A stretch of DNA of 64,000 bases from a virus, in IMG/VR virus record IMGVR_UViG_3300029561_000002, positions 14,633 to 78,632 of that record; one strand, 5' to 3'. Under the pieces are notes generated by a model. That model saw nothing but the letters and a program-made list of their open reading frames with translations. It was not told where the DNA came from and made no database searches. Shown here piece after piece: positions 8,428 to 17,663 of the stretch. The position numbers and the translations under genes are program-made. Position 1 is the first letter of the stretch. Every line of letters begins with the position of its first letter.

Positions 8428-10378
8428 AAATTATAAGAAATTTGAAGCAAGAGAATTTGATTTCGCCGGAAGAACAGAAGTTTCCGGAAGAAATAGACAG
8501 GGTAAAACTTCTCTGATGGATGCATATTTTGATGTTCTGACCGGAAAACTGGCAGACGGAACGCTTCCGAACAATATCCGCCGGAAGGTTGACGGTGAAG
8601 AAGTTGACGATCCGGTGGTGAGAGAACTGGTTATTGACGTTGACGGAATGGAATATGTTGTCCAGAAAAAGACCAAAAAGGGAAAATCATCAAATACGGT
8701 TGAATATTACGTCAACGGAATTAAGCGGAACAAAACCGAGTATATGGAGATTCTTAAAAGGATTGCCGATCCTGATACGATTGCCATGTGCAGCAACGCC
8801 AGAGTGTTTTTGAACGAGATCCAGAAAGCAACAGCAAAAGCAAGGGAAACACTGGGAGGAATAGCTGGATTCAGTGAATCACAGTTCAGAGCAGAGCATC
8901 CGGAATATGAATGGATAAAGAATGAAGGTGTGGAAGGAGATTCTATCGAAGAAATCTTAAAAGCCCGCAGAAGAGACCTGAGAAAAGCCAAGTCAGATGT
9001 TGATGATATTGCAAAGCAGATCAGAAAAGAGCAGAGCCGACAGGTTGAATGCGATGAAACACTTCCAGCGCAGAGGGACGATCTTCTTGACTTACTGAAA
9101 GAAAACGAGAAGCAGGAGAAAGTGCTCTGCGATGCTTCAAGAGAGTACGACCGGATATCTATCGAACTGGCAGGACTGAAGCGTTCAAGGGACGCACTGG
9201 TTGAGAAAGCCGAAAAATCAGCCAGGGAGAATCACGACAGAATAACTTCCTTATTATATACACTGAAATCCGATAAGAAAAATGCTGAGAACAAGTTACG
9301 ACTTGCCAGAATAGATCTGGAACACGCCAGCAAAGGGATTGAGCGACATAAGGCAGCACTGGCACAGGCCAAAAGCAAATATACAGAAGCATTAAAAGAG
9401 AAGTGGGGCGGAGATACCGAACTTACTGCAATCCGTGGAGAAGAATTTGATCAGGCATCAGCTGTTTGCCCGACTTGCGGACAGATGCTTCCAGAAGAGG
9501 CTGCAAAGCGAAAGTTTGAGTTTAATAAACAGACCAGAATCTCCAAAATGTTAGAAGAGAAAGAACAGTTTGAGAGAAACAAACGAGCCAAGTTGGAACA
9601 GATCACTGAGGACGGAAACGAAGCTTCAGAGGGATTAAAAACAGCGAATAAAGCAAAGAAAGAAGCTGAAGCAGCTATCGAAGCTGCCAAGAAAGAGATA
9701 ACATCTCTGGCGCTTGAAATTGCAGAAACAGAAAAGGAAACAGAGAAACCGATTCCAAAACCGGATATGTCTGGTGATGAAGAATACAAGGCTGTTTGCG
9801 ACAAAATTTCAGCACTGGAAGAAAGTATCAACGGAATCGGAAACGGCGAAAATGACAGGATTTTGTTAAGCAACAACCGTCACTCTCTGGAAGCGAAGCT
9901 CAGAGATGTTGAAGCCAAGATTAAAACTCAGACTGCAAGGCTTGAAGAAAAAGCCGACAGCCTTGAAGCACTACAGGAAGAGCAGAAGAAACTTTCACAG
10001 AAACAGGCGGATATTCAGCAGAAAGTAGATCAGCTGACTGACTATTCCATTGAGAAAAATAAGGCACTGGCAGCAGTGATTAATCCGCACTTCAAACACT
10101 TCCACTTCCAGTTCCTTGACTACACACAGGACGGAGAACCGATGGAAACTTGCCGGATGATCTGCAATGGCATTGATTACGCAAACGGTCTGAACCACAG
10201 TGATCGGATTCTTTGTGATATCGACCTTGCGATGGGGCTTCAGGAGATGAACGACTTACGGCTTCCGGTTTGGGTTGACGATACCGAAAGCATAAATTCG
10301 GACAGGATTCCAGAATTAGATACACAGATGATTTTGCTCAAGGTTTCTGAGGGTGAGTTGGAAGTAAAAGGAATTTAA
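8393..10378 (+). CDS. Rad50/SbcC-like SMC-family recombination ATPase
   Basis: N-terminal Walker A GRNRQGKTS, long coiled coil with a central CPTCGQ zinc-hook-like motif, C-terminal VWVDDTES Walker B. Confidence 0.8.
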   Translation: MKKVTLKKLSVENYKKFEAREFDFAGRTEVSGRNRQGKTSLMDAYFDVLTGKLADGTLPNNIRRKVDGEEVDDPVVRELVIDVDGMEYVVQKKTKKGKSSNTVEYYVNGIKRNKTEYMEILKRIADPDTIAMCSNARVFLNEIQKATAKARETLGGIAGFSESQFRAEHPEYEWIKNEGVEGDSIEEILKARRRDLRKAKSDVDDIAKQIRKEQSRQVECDETLPAQRDDLLDLLKENEKQEKVLCDASREYDRISIELAGLKRSRDALVEKAEKSARENHDRITSLLYTLKSDKKNAENKLRLARIDLEHASKGIERHKAALAQAKSKYTEALKEKWGGDTELTAIRGEEFDQASAVCPTCGQMLPEEAAKRKFEFNKQTRISKMLEEKEQFERNKRAKLEQITEDGNEASEGLKTANKAKKEAEAAIEAAKKEITSLALEIAETEKETEKPIPKPDMSGDEEYKAVCDKISALEESINGIGNGENDRILLSNNRHSLEAKLRDVEAKIKTQTARLEEKADSLEALQEEQKKLSQKQADIQQKVDQLTDYSIEKNKALAAVINPHFKHFHFQFLDYTQDGEPMETCRMICNGIDYANGLNHSDRILCDIDLAMGLQEMNDLRLPVWVDDTESINSDRIPELDTQMILLKVSEGELEVKGI

Positions 10379-10615
10379 ATAAAAGGGAACAGCTAGAAAC
10401 TTGTTTGGCGACAGCCTAGCTGTTCCGATACCGATATAAAAAGATATATCTGTTTAAGAATAGCAGAAAAAATTGACTTATTCAAGTCACAGGCGATTTC
10501 GCAACCGAAAAGTGAGGGGGATATCCCATCACTAAATACCGTGTTTGAGGTTTAAGAACCATGTGAAAGTACACGGTAACGAAAGAAACTAAAAATAATG
10601 AAAAGGAGAATTGTT

Positions 10616-11560
10616 ATGGCAAACAAAACACAATTAACAACAGCAGGAGAACAGCAGGCAGCAGTTGTAATTAACAACCAGTTTATTGACGGATTGACAA
10701 AACAGCTTGAAGAAAAATGTAAATATGGTCTTTCTTTTCCAAAGGACTACAATCTCAGCAATGCACTTATGGGAGCGTATCTGGTGCTCAAGGAAACGAA
10801 AGACAGGAATAACACACCAATTCTGGAATCTTGTAGCCAGATCAGCATCGCAAACAGTCTTATGAACATGGCGACCCTGGGGCTTTCGGTGCAGAAGAAG
10901 CAGGGATATTTCATCGCTTACAGCGGCCAGTGTCAGTTCCAGAGATCATATTTCGGAAACATGACGATTGCCAGAAGATACGGAATGAAAGACATTCACG
11001 CAGAGATTATCTACCAGGGAGATAAATTCAAATATCATATTGAAGATGGAAATAAGGTTCTGGATTCTCACGAACAGGATTTTATGAACATTGATAACGA
11101 AAAAATCCTTGGAGCATACGCAGTTGTGCTGATGGAAGATGGAACGAAACAACTGGAAGTAATGAATATCAAACAGATTAAACAATCTTGGTCACAGGGC
11201 TTCGGATACAAGGAAAATGGGAATGGCACACACCAAAAATTCACTGACCAGATGGCAAAGAAAACTGTTGTCAATCGTGCCTTAAAACAGATCATCAACA
11301 CTCATGGTGATGTTTTCGTGCAAGAAGCAGACGATGATACAGAAACAATTTCAAAAAATGACGCTTTTGCAGCTGATGTCGCATATGAAATCGAGCAGAA
11401 CGCCAACACTGAAGAATTTATCCCAGAACCAATGGCGATCGAGGAACAGTCGAAACAGCCAACGGTCGCAGAAACTGTCCAGACGGTAGAGAAAGAACCG
11501 GTCCCGGCAGCAGGCAAAGAACCAGAGATTCCAGATTTTATGAAGCAGGAGGAAATGTGA
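10616..11560 (+). CDS. recT: RecT-family single-strand annealing protein
   Basis: Length and motifs (LSVQKKQGYFIAY..QFQRSYFG, MAKKTVVNRALK) are typical of RecT. AAAAGGAG RBS before MANKTQL. Confidence 0.8.
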   Translation: MANKTQLTTAGEQQAAVVINNQFIDGLTKQLEEKCKYGLSFPKDYNLSNALMGAYLVLKETKDRNNTPILESCSQISIANSLMNMATLGLSVQKKQGYFIAYSGQCQFQRSYFGNMTIARRYGMKDIHAEIIYQGDKFKYHIEDGNKVLDSHEQDFMNIDNEKILGAYAVVLMEDGTKQLEVMNIKQIKQSWSQGFGYKENGNGTHQKFTDQMAKKTVVNRALKQIINTHGDVFVQEADDDTETISKNDAFAADVAYEIEQNANTEEFIPEPMAIEEQSKQPTVAETVQTVEKEPVPAAGKEPEIPDFMKQEEM

Positions 11561-11561
11561 T

Positions 11562-12170
11562 ATGAATAATAGTGAAATTTTAAAGAAAACAAAGGAACTG
11601 GTTGAGCTTCTGGAAAAGCAGGAAAAATCATGCAAGGTGAGATTATCGGAACTTAATTCGGGAGATATCTTCCAGACTACCGGAAAGCGAAAATACAAGG
11701 TCTTGGAACAGTACACAGAGCATACCAAGATCATTTCACTCGGATTCGTGAAAGAGAATGTGAAATTTGATGATGATACAACTGACTATAACAAATCATC
11801 CTTAAAGAAACTCTGTGATACTGAAATTCTGAAAGATTTTGAAAAAGAGTTTGGAGAAGAGAATATCGAAACTGACATAGTAGATTTGATCACCGTGGAT
11901 GGACAGAAAATCGGAGAAACGGAATGCAAAGTTAGACCACTGACGTTTGATGAAGCGCGTAAATACACAGAACTGACGCCAAATGATGAATTGGATGATT
12001 TCTATTGGACTTGCTCCACATGGAGCACAGTGGAAAGAGGATGGAAATATGCGCTAGCCGTTGTTTCGCTTTCCGGCAGCATCGGCTGCAATAGCTACTA
12101 CTGCAGCGGCGGTGTTCGCCCAGTTTGTATCTTAAAATCTAATATCTTTGTATCTAAAGCGGAGGAATGA
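11562..12170 (+). CDS. DGR variable protein 1 (carries VR1 at C-terminus)
   Basis: The C-terminus ..FYWTCS..AVVSLSGSIGCNSYYCSGGVRPVCI contains VR1. It is a paralogue of the next gene, has no signal peptide, and is coupled to the recT stop. Confidence 0.85.
   Translation: MNNSEILKKTKELVELLEKQEKSCKVRLSELNSGDIFQTTGKRKYKVLEQYTEHTKIISLGFVKENVKFDDDTTDYNKSSLKKLCDTEILKDFEKEFGEENIETDIVDLITVDGQKIGETECKVRPLTFDEARKYTELTPNDELDDFYWTCSTWSTVERGWKYALAVVSLSGSIGCNSYYCSGGVRPVCILKSNIFVSKAEE
12058..12122 (+). repeat. DGR variable repeat VR1
   Basis: 65-nt gapless match to the TR with 12 mismatches: 11 at TR adenines and 1 C>T. Confidence 0.9.
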
Positions 12171-12772
12171 AAATGAAGAAAAATCTGAAATATTTTGAAA
12201 ATGAATTAAACCGGATCTACAAAGAATTTGCTGAATATAAAAAGCAGCATATGGAAAAACCGGAAATTGGCAAAACGATGGAAATTGCCGGCATGGAATG
12301 GATGATTCTGGATAAGACAGAAAAAGGATATTTTGCCATTTTAAACAGCTTCGACGGGGAAAACAGAAAATTTGATTCAGATTCAAATAATTGGATTAAA
12401 AGTGATCTTAGAAAAGAATTAAACGATTCTTTTCTTAAGAAAATCACAGAAGAGTTGGGGGAAGATGCAGTTGTTGAATTTGATCGCGATTTACTTTCAT
12501 TGGACGGCCAGACAGAATACGGGCATTGTGAAGATAAGATTGCACTTTTGACCGTGGATGAATACCGGAAATATCGTAAATTACTTCCGAATACGAAGAA
12601 CTGGTGGTGGTTGATTACGCCATTGAGCACACCAGCAAATGGTTACAGCTCAACACTTTCCGTTGTTTCGCCTTCCGGCAGCATCGTCAACTATGACTGC
12701 TTCAACAGCAACGGTGTTCGCCCAGTTTGTATCTTTTCTTCTTCTATCTTTGAATCAAAGAACGATAAATGA
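12167..12772 (+). CDS. DGR variable protein 2 (carries VR2 at C-terminus)
   Basis: The C-terminus ..NWWWLITP..SVVSPSGSIVNYDCFNSNGVRPVCI contains VR2. ATGA overlaps at both ends. Confidence 0.85.
   Translation: MKMKKNLKYFENELNRIYKEFAEYKKQHMEKPEIGKTMEIAGMEWMILDKTEKGYFAILNSFDGENRKFDSDSNNWIKSDLRKELNDSFLKKITEELGEDAVVEFDRDLLSLDGQTEYGHCEDKIALLTVDEYRKYRKLLPNTKNWWWLITPLSTPANGYSSTLSVVSPSGSIVNYDCFNSNGVRPVCIFSSSIFESKNDK
12660..12724 (+). repeat. DGR variable repeat VR2
   Basis: 65-nt gapless match to the TR with 8 mismatches, all at TR adenines. Confidence 0.9.
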
Positions 12773-13143
12773 TGGAAAATGAAGATTTAAGAGTTATCAC
12801 AAAAGCGAAGCAATTAGCCAAACATACGTTAATTATGACCAGCAATGCGCGGAGATATCCAAAGAAGTTTAGATTTTCTCTTGTAGATAAAATGCAGAAT
12901 AAAGCTCTGGAAATATATGAAATGCTTTTTGAAGCCAACCGAACAGACATAAAAGACTATAAAAGAGAAAGATTGGAGTTGCAAACAAAAGCTATTACTC
13001 ATTGCGACGAGCTTATGTATTTTATAGAGCTTTCTTATGAATTGAATATCATAAATTCAGGAAGTATGGAAGCGTGGTCCAAAATAGTTATGGACGTAAA
13101 ACATATGGCGATTGCTTGGAGAACAAAAGACAAAAATAGGTAA
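12769..13143 (+). CDS. avd: Avd-like DGR accessory protein (four-helix bundle)
   Basis: 124-aa basic helical protein directly upstream of the TR, the canonical Avd position and size. Confidence 0.8.
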   Translation: MMENEDLRVITKAKQLAKHTLIMTSNARRYPKKFRFSLVDKMQNKALEIYEMLFEANRTDIKDYKRERLELQTKAITHCDELMYFIELSYELNIINSGSMEAWSKIVMDVKHMAIAWRTKDKNR

Positions 13144-13167
13144 GAATATAGGTTATGCGTTGCAATA

Positions 13168-13232
13168 CCGTTGTTTCGCCTTCCGGCAACATCAACAACA
13201 ATAACTACAACAACAGCAACGGTGTTCGCCCA
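13168..13232 (+). repeat. DGR template repeat (TR), transcribed as RNA
   Basis: AAC-rich (would read GNINNNNYNNSNGVRP). Lies between avd and the RT gene and is the donor of both VRs. Confidence 0.9.
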
Positions 13233-13336
13233 ACCTGGATCACAGGCAGACAGAGTAAGCACAAAGCTGAAATCAGTAAAGATACAAGTAAATGCATAGC
13301 CTTTCCAAAATGGATAAATAAAAAGGAACAAAAACA

Positions 13337-14356
13337 ATGGATAAAGAAATTGTTGCAAATTTTGAGAATTTATATCGTTCTTACAAGAAGGTTAAGAACG
13401 GTAAGAAATTTAATTCAGGTACTGCAAGGTTTTCTAATATGGCTCTCGAAGGAATTCAGATACTGAAAGAACAGCTAGAAAATCAAACATATAGCATAAG
13501 CCCATATAATAAATTTCAGATTCATGAACCGAAAGAGAGGACAATAGAATCATGTGCATTTAAGGATAAAGTAGTCCAAAGATGTTTTTCTGATTACATC
13601 CTGACACCGAAACTAGAAAATATTCTGATTAAATGGAACACCGCCGGGCAGCATGGAAAAGGACAACATATGGCGATGAATGGATTAAGAGATCAGATGT
13701 TGGATTTCTATAAAAGAAATGGAATGAATACCTGGATTGTAAAATGCGATATTCATAAATACTTTTACAGCATAGACCATGAAATTATGAAAGACATACT
13801 GGACTACTATTTTGATGATGATTTTACGACTTGGATGAATCATTTATTTATCGACAGTACAGATAACCCGGGACTGCCATTAGGAAATCAGGTAAATCAG
13901 AAATACGCTCTTTTGCTGTTACATTCATTGGACCAAATGATAACGATTGAATTTGGAAATCCATATTACGGACGATATAACGATGATTTTTATGTGTTGT
14001 GCAAAACAAAAGACATCGCTAGAGAAATTCTTAAAGCGATTCGAATGATGGTTAAAAGTCTCGGGTTGGAATTAAACCCAAAGTCACAAATTGTACCGTT
14101 CCGAATGGGACTGTGTTATCTTGGATTCCACCATTACGTGACTGATGAGGGGAAATATATCAGAAAATTACGTGGTGACAGAAAAAGAAATACTCAGAAA
14201 AAGGTTCGTAGATGGGTTCGTGCAGTAAACGAAGAAAAGATGCCGGTTGAGAAATTCAACGAAAAGTACGGAGCATGTAAGAACCATATGCTACACGGAA
14301 ACTGCATCAAATTATGCCACAGTATGGATTTGGAAATTGAAAGGAGAATGAAATGA
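13337..14356 (+). CDS. DGR reverse transcriptase
   Basis: RT motifs including GRYNDDFYVLC (YxDD) and LPLGNQVNQ, which resembles the DGR-type (I/L)GxxxSQ motif. Size 339 aa. Confidence 0.9.
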   Translation: MDKEIVANFENLYRSYKKVKNGKKFNSGTARFSNMALEGIQILKEQLENQTYSISPYNKFQIHEPKERTIESCAFKDKVVQRCFSDYILTPKLENILIKWNTAGQHGKGQHMAMNGLRDQMLDFYKRNGMNTWIVKCDIHKYFYSIDHEIMKDILDYYFDDDFTTWMNHLFIDSTDNPGLPLGNQVNQKYALLLLHSLDQMITIEFGNPYYGRYNDDFYVLCKTKDIAREILKAIRMMVKSLGLELNPKSQIVPFRMGLCYLGFHHYVTDEGKYIRKLRGDRKRNTQKKVRRWVRAVNEEKMPVEKFNEKYGACKNHMLHGNCIKLCHSMDLEIERRMK

Positions 14357-14742
14357 GATTAATTAGTCAGACGGGAGATATTGACATTCCTTACGAAAAT
14401 GCTTCATTAAGCAGAGCTGAAAATATCATAAGAGCATACATTCCAGAGACCGGTGAAAAAGGAACAATTATGGCTGCTTACTCAACAGAAGAACAGGCGA
14501 AAGAAGCAATGAGCATGGTTATATATGCATATATTTCAAACAAACCAATAGTCATTCTTCCAAAAGAAGGAAAAACAAAATTGGAATCGACTTTCTTGGG
14601 AAGATACGAATTAAGGCTTCTTAGAGAAAATCTTCCCAATGTAATGGATTTAAAAAACGAAAATGGAGACTACGTTCTTCCACTAAAAATAAGAGATAGT
14701 ATCAAAGAAATTGCCGCAGCTTTAAATGTAGCGGGATTATAA
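14353..14742 (+). CDS. hypothetical protein coupled to RT
   Basis: ATGA overlap with the RT stop; 129 aa. Confidence 0.55.
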   Translation: MRLISQTGDIDIPYENASLSRAENIIRAYIPETGEKGTIMAAYSTEEQAKEAMSMVIYAYISNKPIVILPKEGKTKLESTFLGRYELRLLRENLPNVMDLKNENGDYVLPLKIRDSIKEIAAALNVAGL

Positions 14743-14792
14743 AATAATCGGTATTAATTTTGCAGAAAGAAAAGGAGGTGATTCCAGTGTTC

Positions 14793-15542
14793 ATGCGAGT
14801 AATTTCAACAGGAAGTACGAAAGGAAACTGTTACGCTTTGCAGTCAAGGACAGGCGAGATTGTTCTTCTTGACTGCGGATGCAAGTACAAGAAAATCCTC
14901 AGAGGGATTGACTACCAGATAAACAATGTTTCCGGTGTGCTTCTTTCACATGAACATGGTTAAGGCGATCACACCGAAGCTATTCATGAAATCATAAGCG
15001 CCGGAATCACAGTTTATACCGGTCAAGAAACAATCAGTAATTTGGGTATAACAGACGGAACTATAAAAGCTGTCACTGAAAAGAAGTACTTCAAAATCGG
15101 TTCTTTCAGCGCAGTTCCGCTCAGACTACCACATACATCTGCAAATAAAGAACCGTGTCCGAACTTCGGGTATCTAGTGGAACATGAAGAAATGGGAAAA
15201 CTTCTTTACCTGACAGACTTTGAGCATTGCCGGTACAAATTCAAATCAATGGAACTTAATCACTTGGTTATTGGTTGTAATTACTGCGAGGAGCTGATAG
15301 ACAGAAACAACCCGAAGTGGAAACACCAGATCACCGGGCATTGTTCTTTGTCAACTTGTAAGCAATTCATTAAGGAAAACCTCACAGAATCGCTCAAAAC
15401 GATAACACTGGTACATTTGAGCGGTGATGTTTCAGATGCCGGGAAGATGCTTAAAGAAGTCAAAGAAGTTGTTGGGGATGATATTCTGGTTCAGATTGGA
15501 CGGTCTGGACTGGAAGTTGATTTGAAATTGTTTCCATTTTGA
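14793..15542 (+). pseudogene. MBL-fold metallo-hydrolase (recombination-module nuclease) interrupted by in-frame TAA
   Basis: The two ORFs 14760-14963 and 15042-15542 are in the same frame. The sequence reads LLSHEHG-TAA-GDHTEA, so the stop at 14961-14963 lies inside the HxHxDH motif. Confidence 0.7.
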
Positions 15543-15556
15543 AAGGAGAAAATCCA

Positions 15557-15655
15557 ATGGAAATGACAGATTGCGATAGTTGCAAATATCACGATGATTG
15601 TCCGTTTGCATGGGACTACGGACCACTTTACTGCAATGATTATGAGGAGGAATAA
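15557..15655 (+). CDS. 32-aa Cys-rich peptide
   Basis: AAAGGAGA RBS; CDSCKYHDDCP..YC motif. Confidence 0.35.
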   Translation: MEMTDCDSCKYHDDCPFAWDYGPLYCNDYEEE

Positions 15656-15657
15656 AA

Positions 15658-16044
15658 TTGAAAGAATGGACAGAAGAACTTTTACTGGCGGATGGATATA
15701 AACTTCAAAACGCTGAAATTACAAATGTATCATTAAATTTCAGAGATCACGGAGTATTGTCACTTGACCTTACGCTGAACGGTGGCGGATGGGGAGTCGT
15801 TTACGGCGGCTATGTTCTTGGACATGGATATTTGGGAGCCAAAGAATTTAAAGGTTCTGCTTCTGGAATGGAAGCAATCATGCGAATTATGGATGTAGTT
15901 GGCGTTGAAGACCTTGTGAATTTAAAAGGAAAGCATGTTCGGGTTGCAACAAAGGGATGGGGAAACTCAGTGAAAATCATCGGACATTTTATCAAAGACC
16001 AGTGGTTTGATTACTTGAGTTTTTACGAAGACAAAAAGGAGTGA
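15658..16044 (+). CDS. hypothetical protein
   Basis: 128-aa ORF with a TTG start after GAGGAGG. Confidence 0.55.
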   Translation: MKEWTEELLLADGYKLQNAEITNVSLNFRDHGVLSLDLTLNGGGWGVVYGGYVLGHGYLGAKEFKGSASGMEAIMRIMDVVGVEDLVNLKGKHVRVATKGWGNSVKIIGHFIKDQWFDYLSFYEDKKE

Positions 16045-16048
16045 CAGG

Positions 16049-16399
16049 ATGAAAATTTTAATTAATGTTCTGGACAAAATCAAAAAGGAAATCTCTTCAA
16101 CATCCGGTTTGTACGACAGAGGATGGAATGATGCACTGGAAAAGGCAAAGGAATGTTTCACATCCTATAATCCGGTGATTGAATGGATTCCGACAGAATT
16201 AATGTTACCGCCGGAGCCAGACGAAGATGTTGATATCGAGGAACTTCCGCAGTACACGGTAACAATCAAGGGTGCTGAATGGCCAACATCTCTGAGATAC
16301 ATTGGAAACGGAGAATGGGCGGATGTTGGAGTCGGAAGAGAGATAAAATACACGGTTTCGGCGTGGATGCCGATGCCTAAAGCTTATAAGGAGAAATAA
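16049..16399 (+). CDS. DUF551-like protein
   Basis: EWIPT..LPPE .. VSAWMPMPKAYKE terminal motif; paralogous ending to 21266-21604. Confidence 0.55.
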   Translation: MKILINVLDKIKKEISSTSGLYDRGWNDALEKAKECFTSYNPVIEWIPTELMLPPEPDEDVDIEELPQYTVTIKGAEWPTSLRYIGNGEWADVGVGREIKYTVSAWMPMPKAYKEK

Positions 16400-16400
16400 C

Positions 16401-16817
16401 ATGAACAAAGTAATTTTGATCGGCCAATTAGTGAAAGACCCGGACATACGGACCGGAACTAACAACATAACCATTGCCAGATACGCTCTTGCAGTAGAAA
16501 GACAGTATCGTAAAGACAACGAGCGGAAAGCAGATTTCATAAATTGTGTTGCACTTGGTAAAAATGGAGAGTTTTCCGAAAAATACCTGCATAAGGGAAT
16601 GAAAATTGCAGTCATCGGCAGCTGGCAGACTGGAAACTATACAGACACTGACGGAAAGAAAATTTACACAAATGATTGCCTAGTGGAAACACATGAGTTT
16701 GTGGAAAGCAAGGGTAGAAGCAACCAGTCCGAAAACATCGGCACAGTTCCGCCGCCAGCACCGGCAAGTGACACATTTGTCGAACCGGCTTATGATCCGG
16801 ATTTGCCATTTAGCTAA
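16401..16817 (+). CDS. ssb: single-stranded DNA-binding protein
   Basis: MNKVILIGQLVKDPDIR..ARYALAV OB fold and an acidic DLPF-type tail. Confidence 0.9.
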   Translation: MNKVILIGQLVKDPDIRTGTNNITIARYALAVERQYRKDNERKADFINCVALGKNGEFSEKYLHKGMKIAVIGSWQTGNYTDTDGKKIYTNDCLVETHEFVESKGRSNQSENIGTVPPPAPASDTFVEPAYDPDLPFS

Positions 16818-16830
16818 GGAGTAGCTTCGG

Positions 16831-17412
16831 GTGGATTACAAGAAATTCAGACAGGCGAAAGCCATTGAAGCAAGCAACAAGAAGAAACTTCTGAAAGTAA
16901 ATCCAAAACTGGATGAAGGAAGCGGCATATATATGCTCTGGCGTACCGAAACCCATGGATATATCGGGCAGTCAGTAAAACTTCTTACCAGACTGGCCCA
17001 ACACATGTCAGGATACGAACAACATATTGATCGTTCCATGAAAGCACATGGGCTGTATTCGGAAGAGAACAAGAACGGATACAAGATTGATTTCTTTCAC
17101 TGCCCGGCATCGCAGCTTGACGAAAAAGAACGAGAATACATCCAGAAAGCCATTGATGCCGGATGGATTGTGAAAAACAAGACTGGCGGCGGACAGGATG
17201 AAGGAAAAGAAAAGATTGCTGATTACCGACCGGCAAAAGGATATCGTGATGGTATCCAACAAGGCAAGAAAGCTCTGGCCCGTGATTTATCACATATCAT
17301 TGATACGCATTTGCAAATTACCCTGAAGCCGGAAAAGCAGAACAACAAAACTTCAATCAAAGCTTTCGAGAAATTTAAAGAAATGCTTGATGAAAGGAAC
17401 TACGAGAAATGA
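16831..17412 (+). CDS. GIY-YIG domain nuclease-like protein
   Basis: GSGIYMLWR..GYIGQS..LLTRLAQH pattern. Confidence 0.6.
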   Translation: MDYKKFRQAKAIEASNKKKLLKVNPKLDEGSGIYMLWRTETHGYIGQSVKLLTRLAQHMSGYEQHIDRSMKAHGLYSEENKNGYKIDFFHCPASQLDEKEREYIQKAIDAGWIVKNKTGGGQDEGKEKIADYRPAKGYRDGIQQGKKALARDLSHIIDTHLQITLKPEKQNNKTSIKAFEKFKEMLDERNYEK

Positions 17413-17663
17413 CTATACGTGAAATAAAGAACAGAAAGCATAAGGAATACGAGCAGAATCGTAAAGATATTTATTATTTTATCGTAAAATACGAAAAACG
17501 CAAAGGCGAAATGCCACAGATTAAAACGATAGCTGAGGAATTGGATTTAAGCCCTAGTGCAATCCAGAGGCATTTGCGCCAGTTTGCGGATGATGGACTG
17601 ATTGAATTTTCGGGGAGCAATTCTCACAGAAAATACCGGTTGGTAAGAAAGAACAAAAGATGA
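17409..17663 (+). CDS. winged-helix DNA-binding protein
   Basis: IKTIAEELDLSPSAIQRHLRQFADDGLIEF. Confidence 0.55.
   Translation: MTIREIKNRKHKEYEQNRKDIYYFIVKYEKRKGEMPQIKTIAEELDLSPSAIQRHLRQFADDGLIEFSGSNSHRKYRLVRKNKR

Noticed and set aside
13141-13167. Extending the TR/VR homology upstream of CCGTTGTTTCG
   Set aside because: Short shared strings (GGTTA, TATGCG) exist, but the three sequences need different gaps. The repeat is reported only where the alignment is gapless.
13155-13466. 103-aa ORF reading MRCNTVVSPSGNINNNNYNNSNGVRP...
   Set aside because: It is the conceptual translation of the DGR template repeat and spacer. It has no RBS, the Asn run reflects the AAC-rich TR, and the region functions as RNA.
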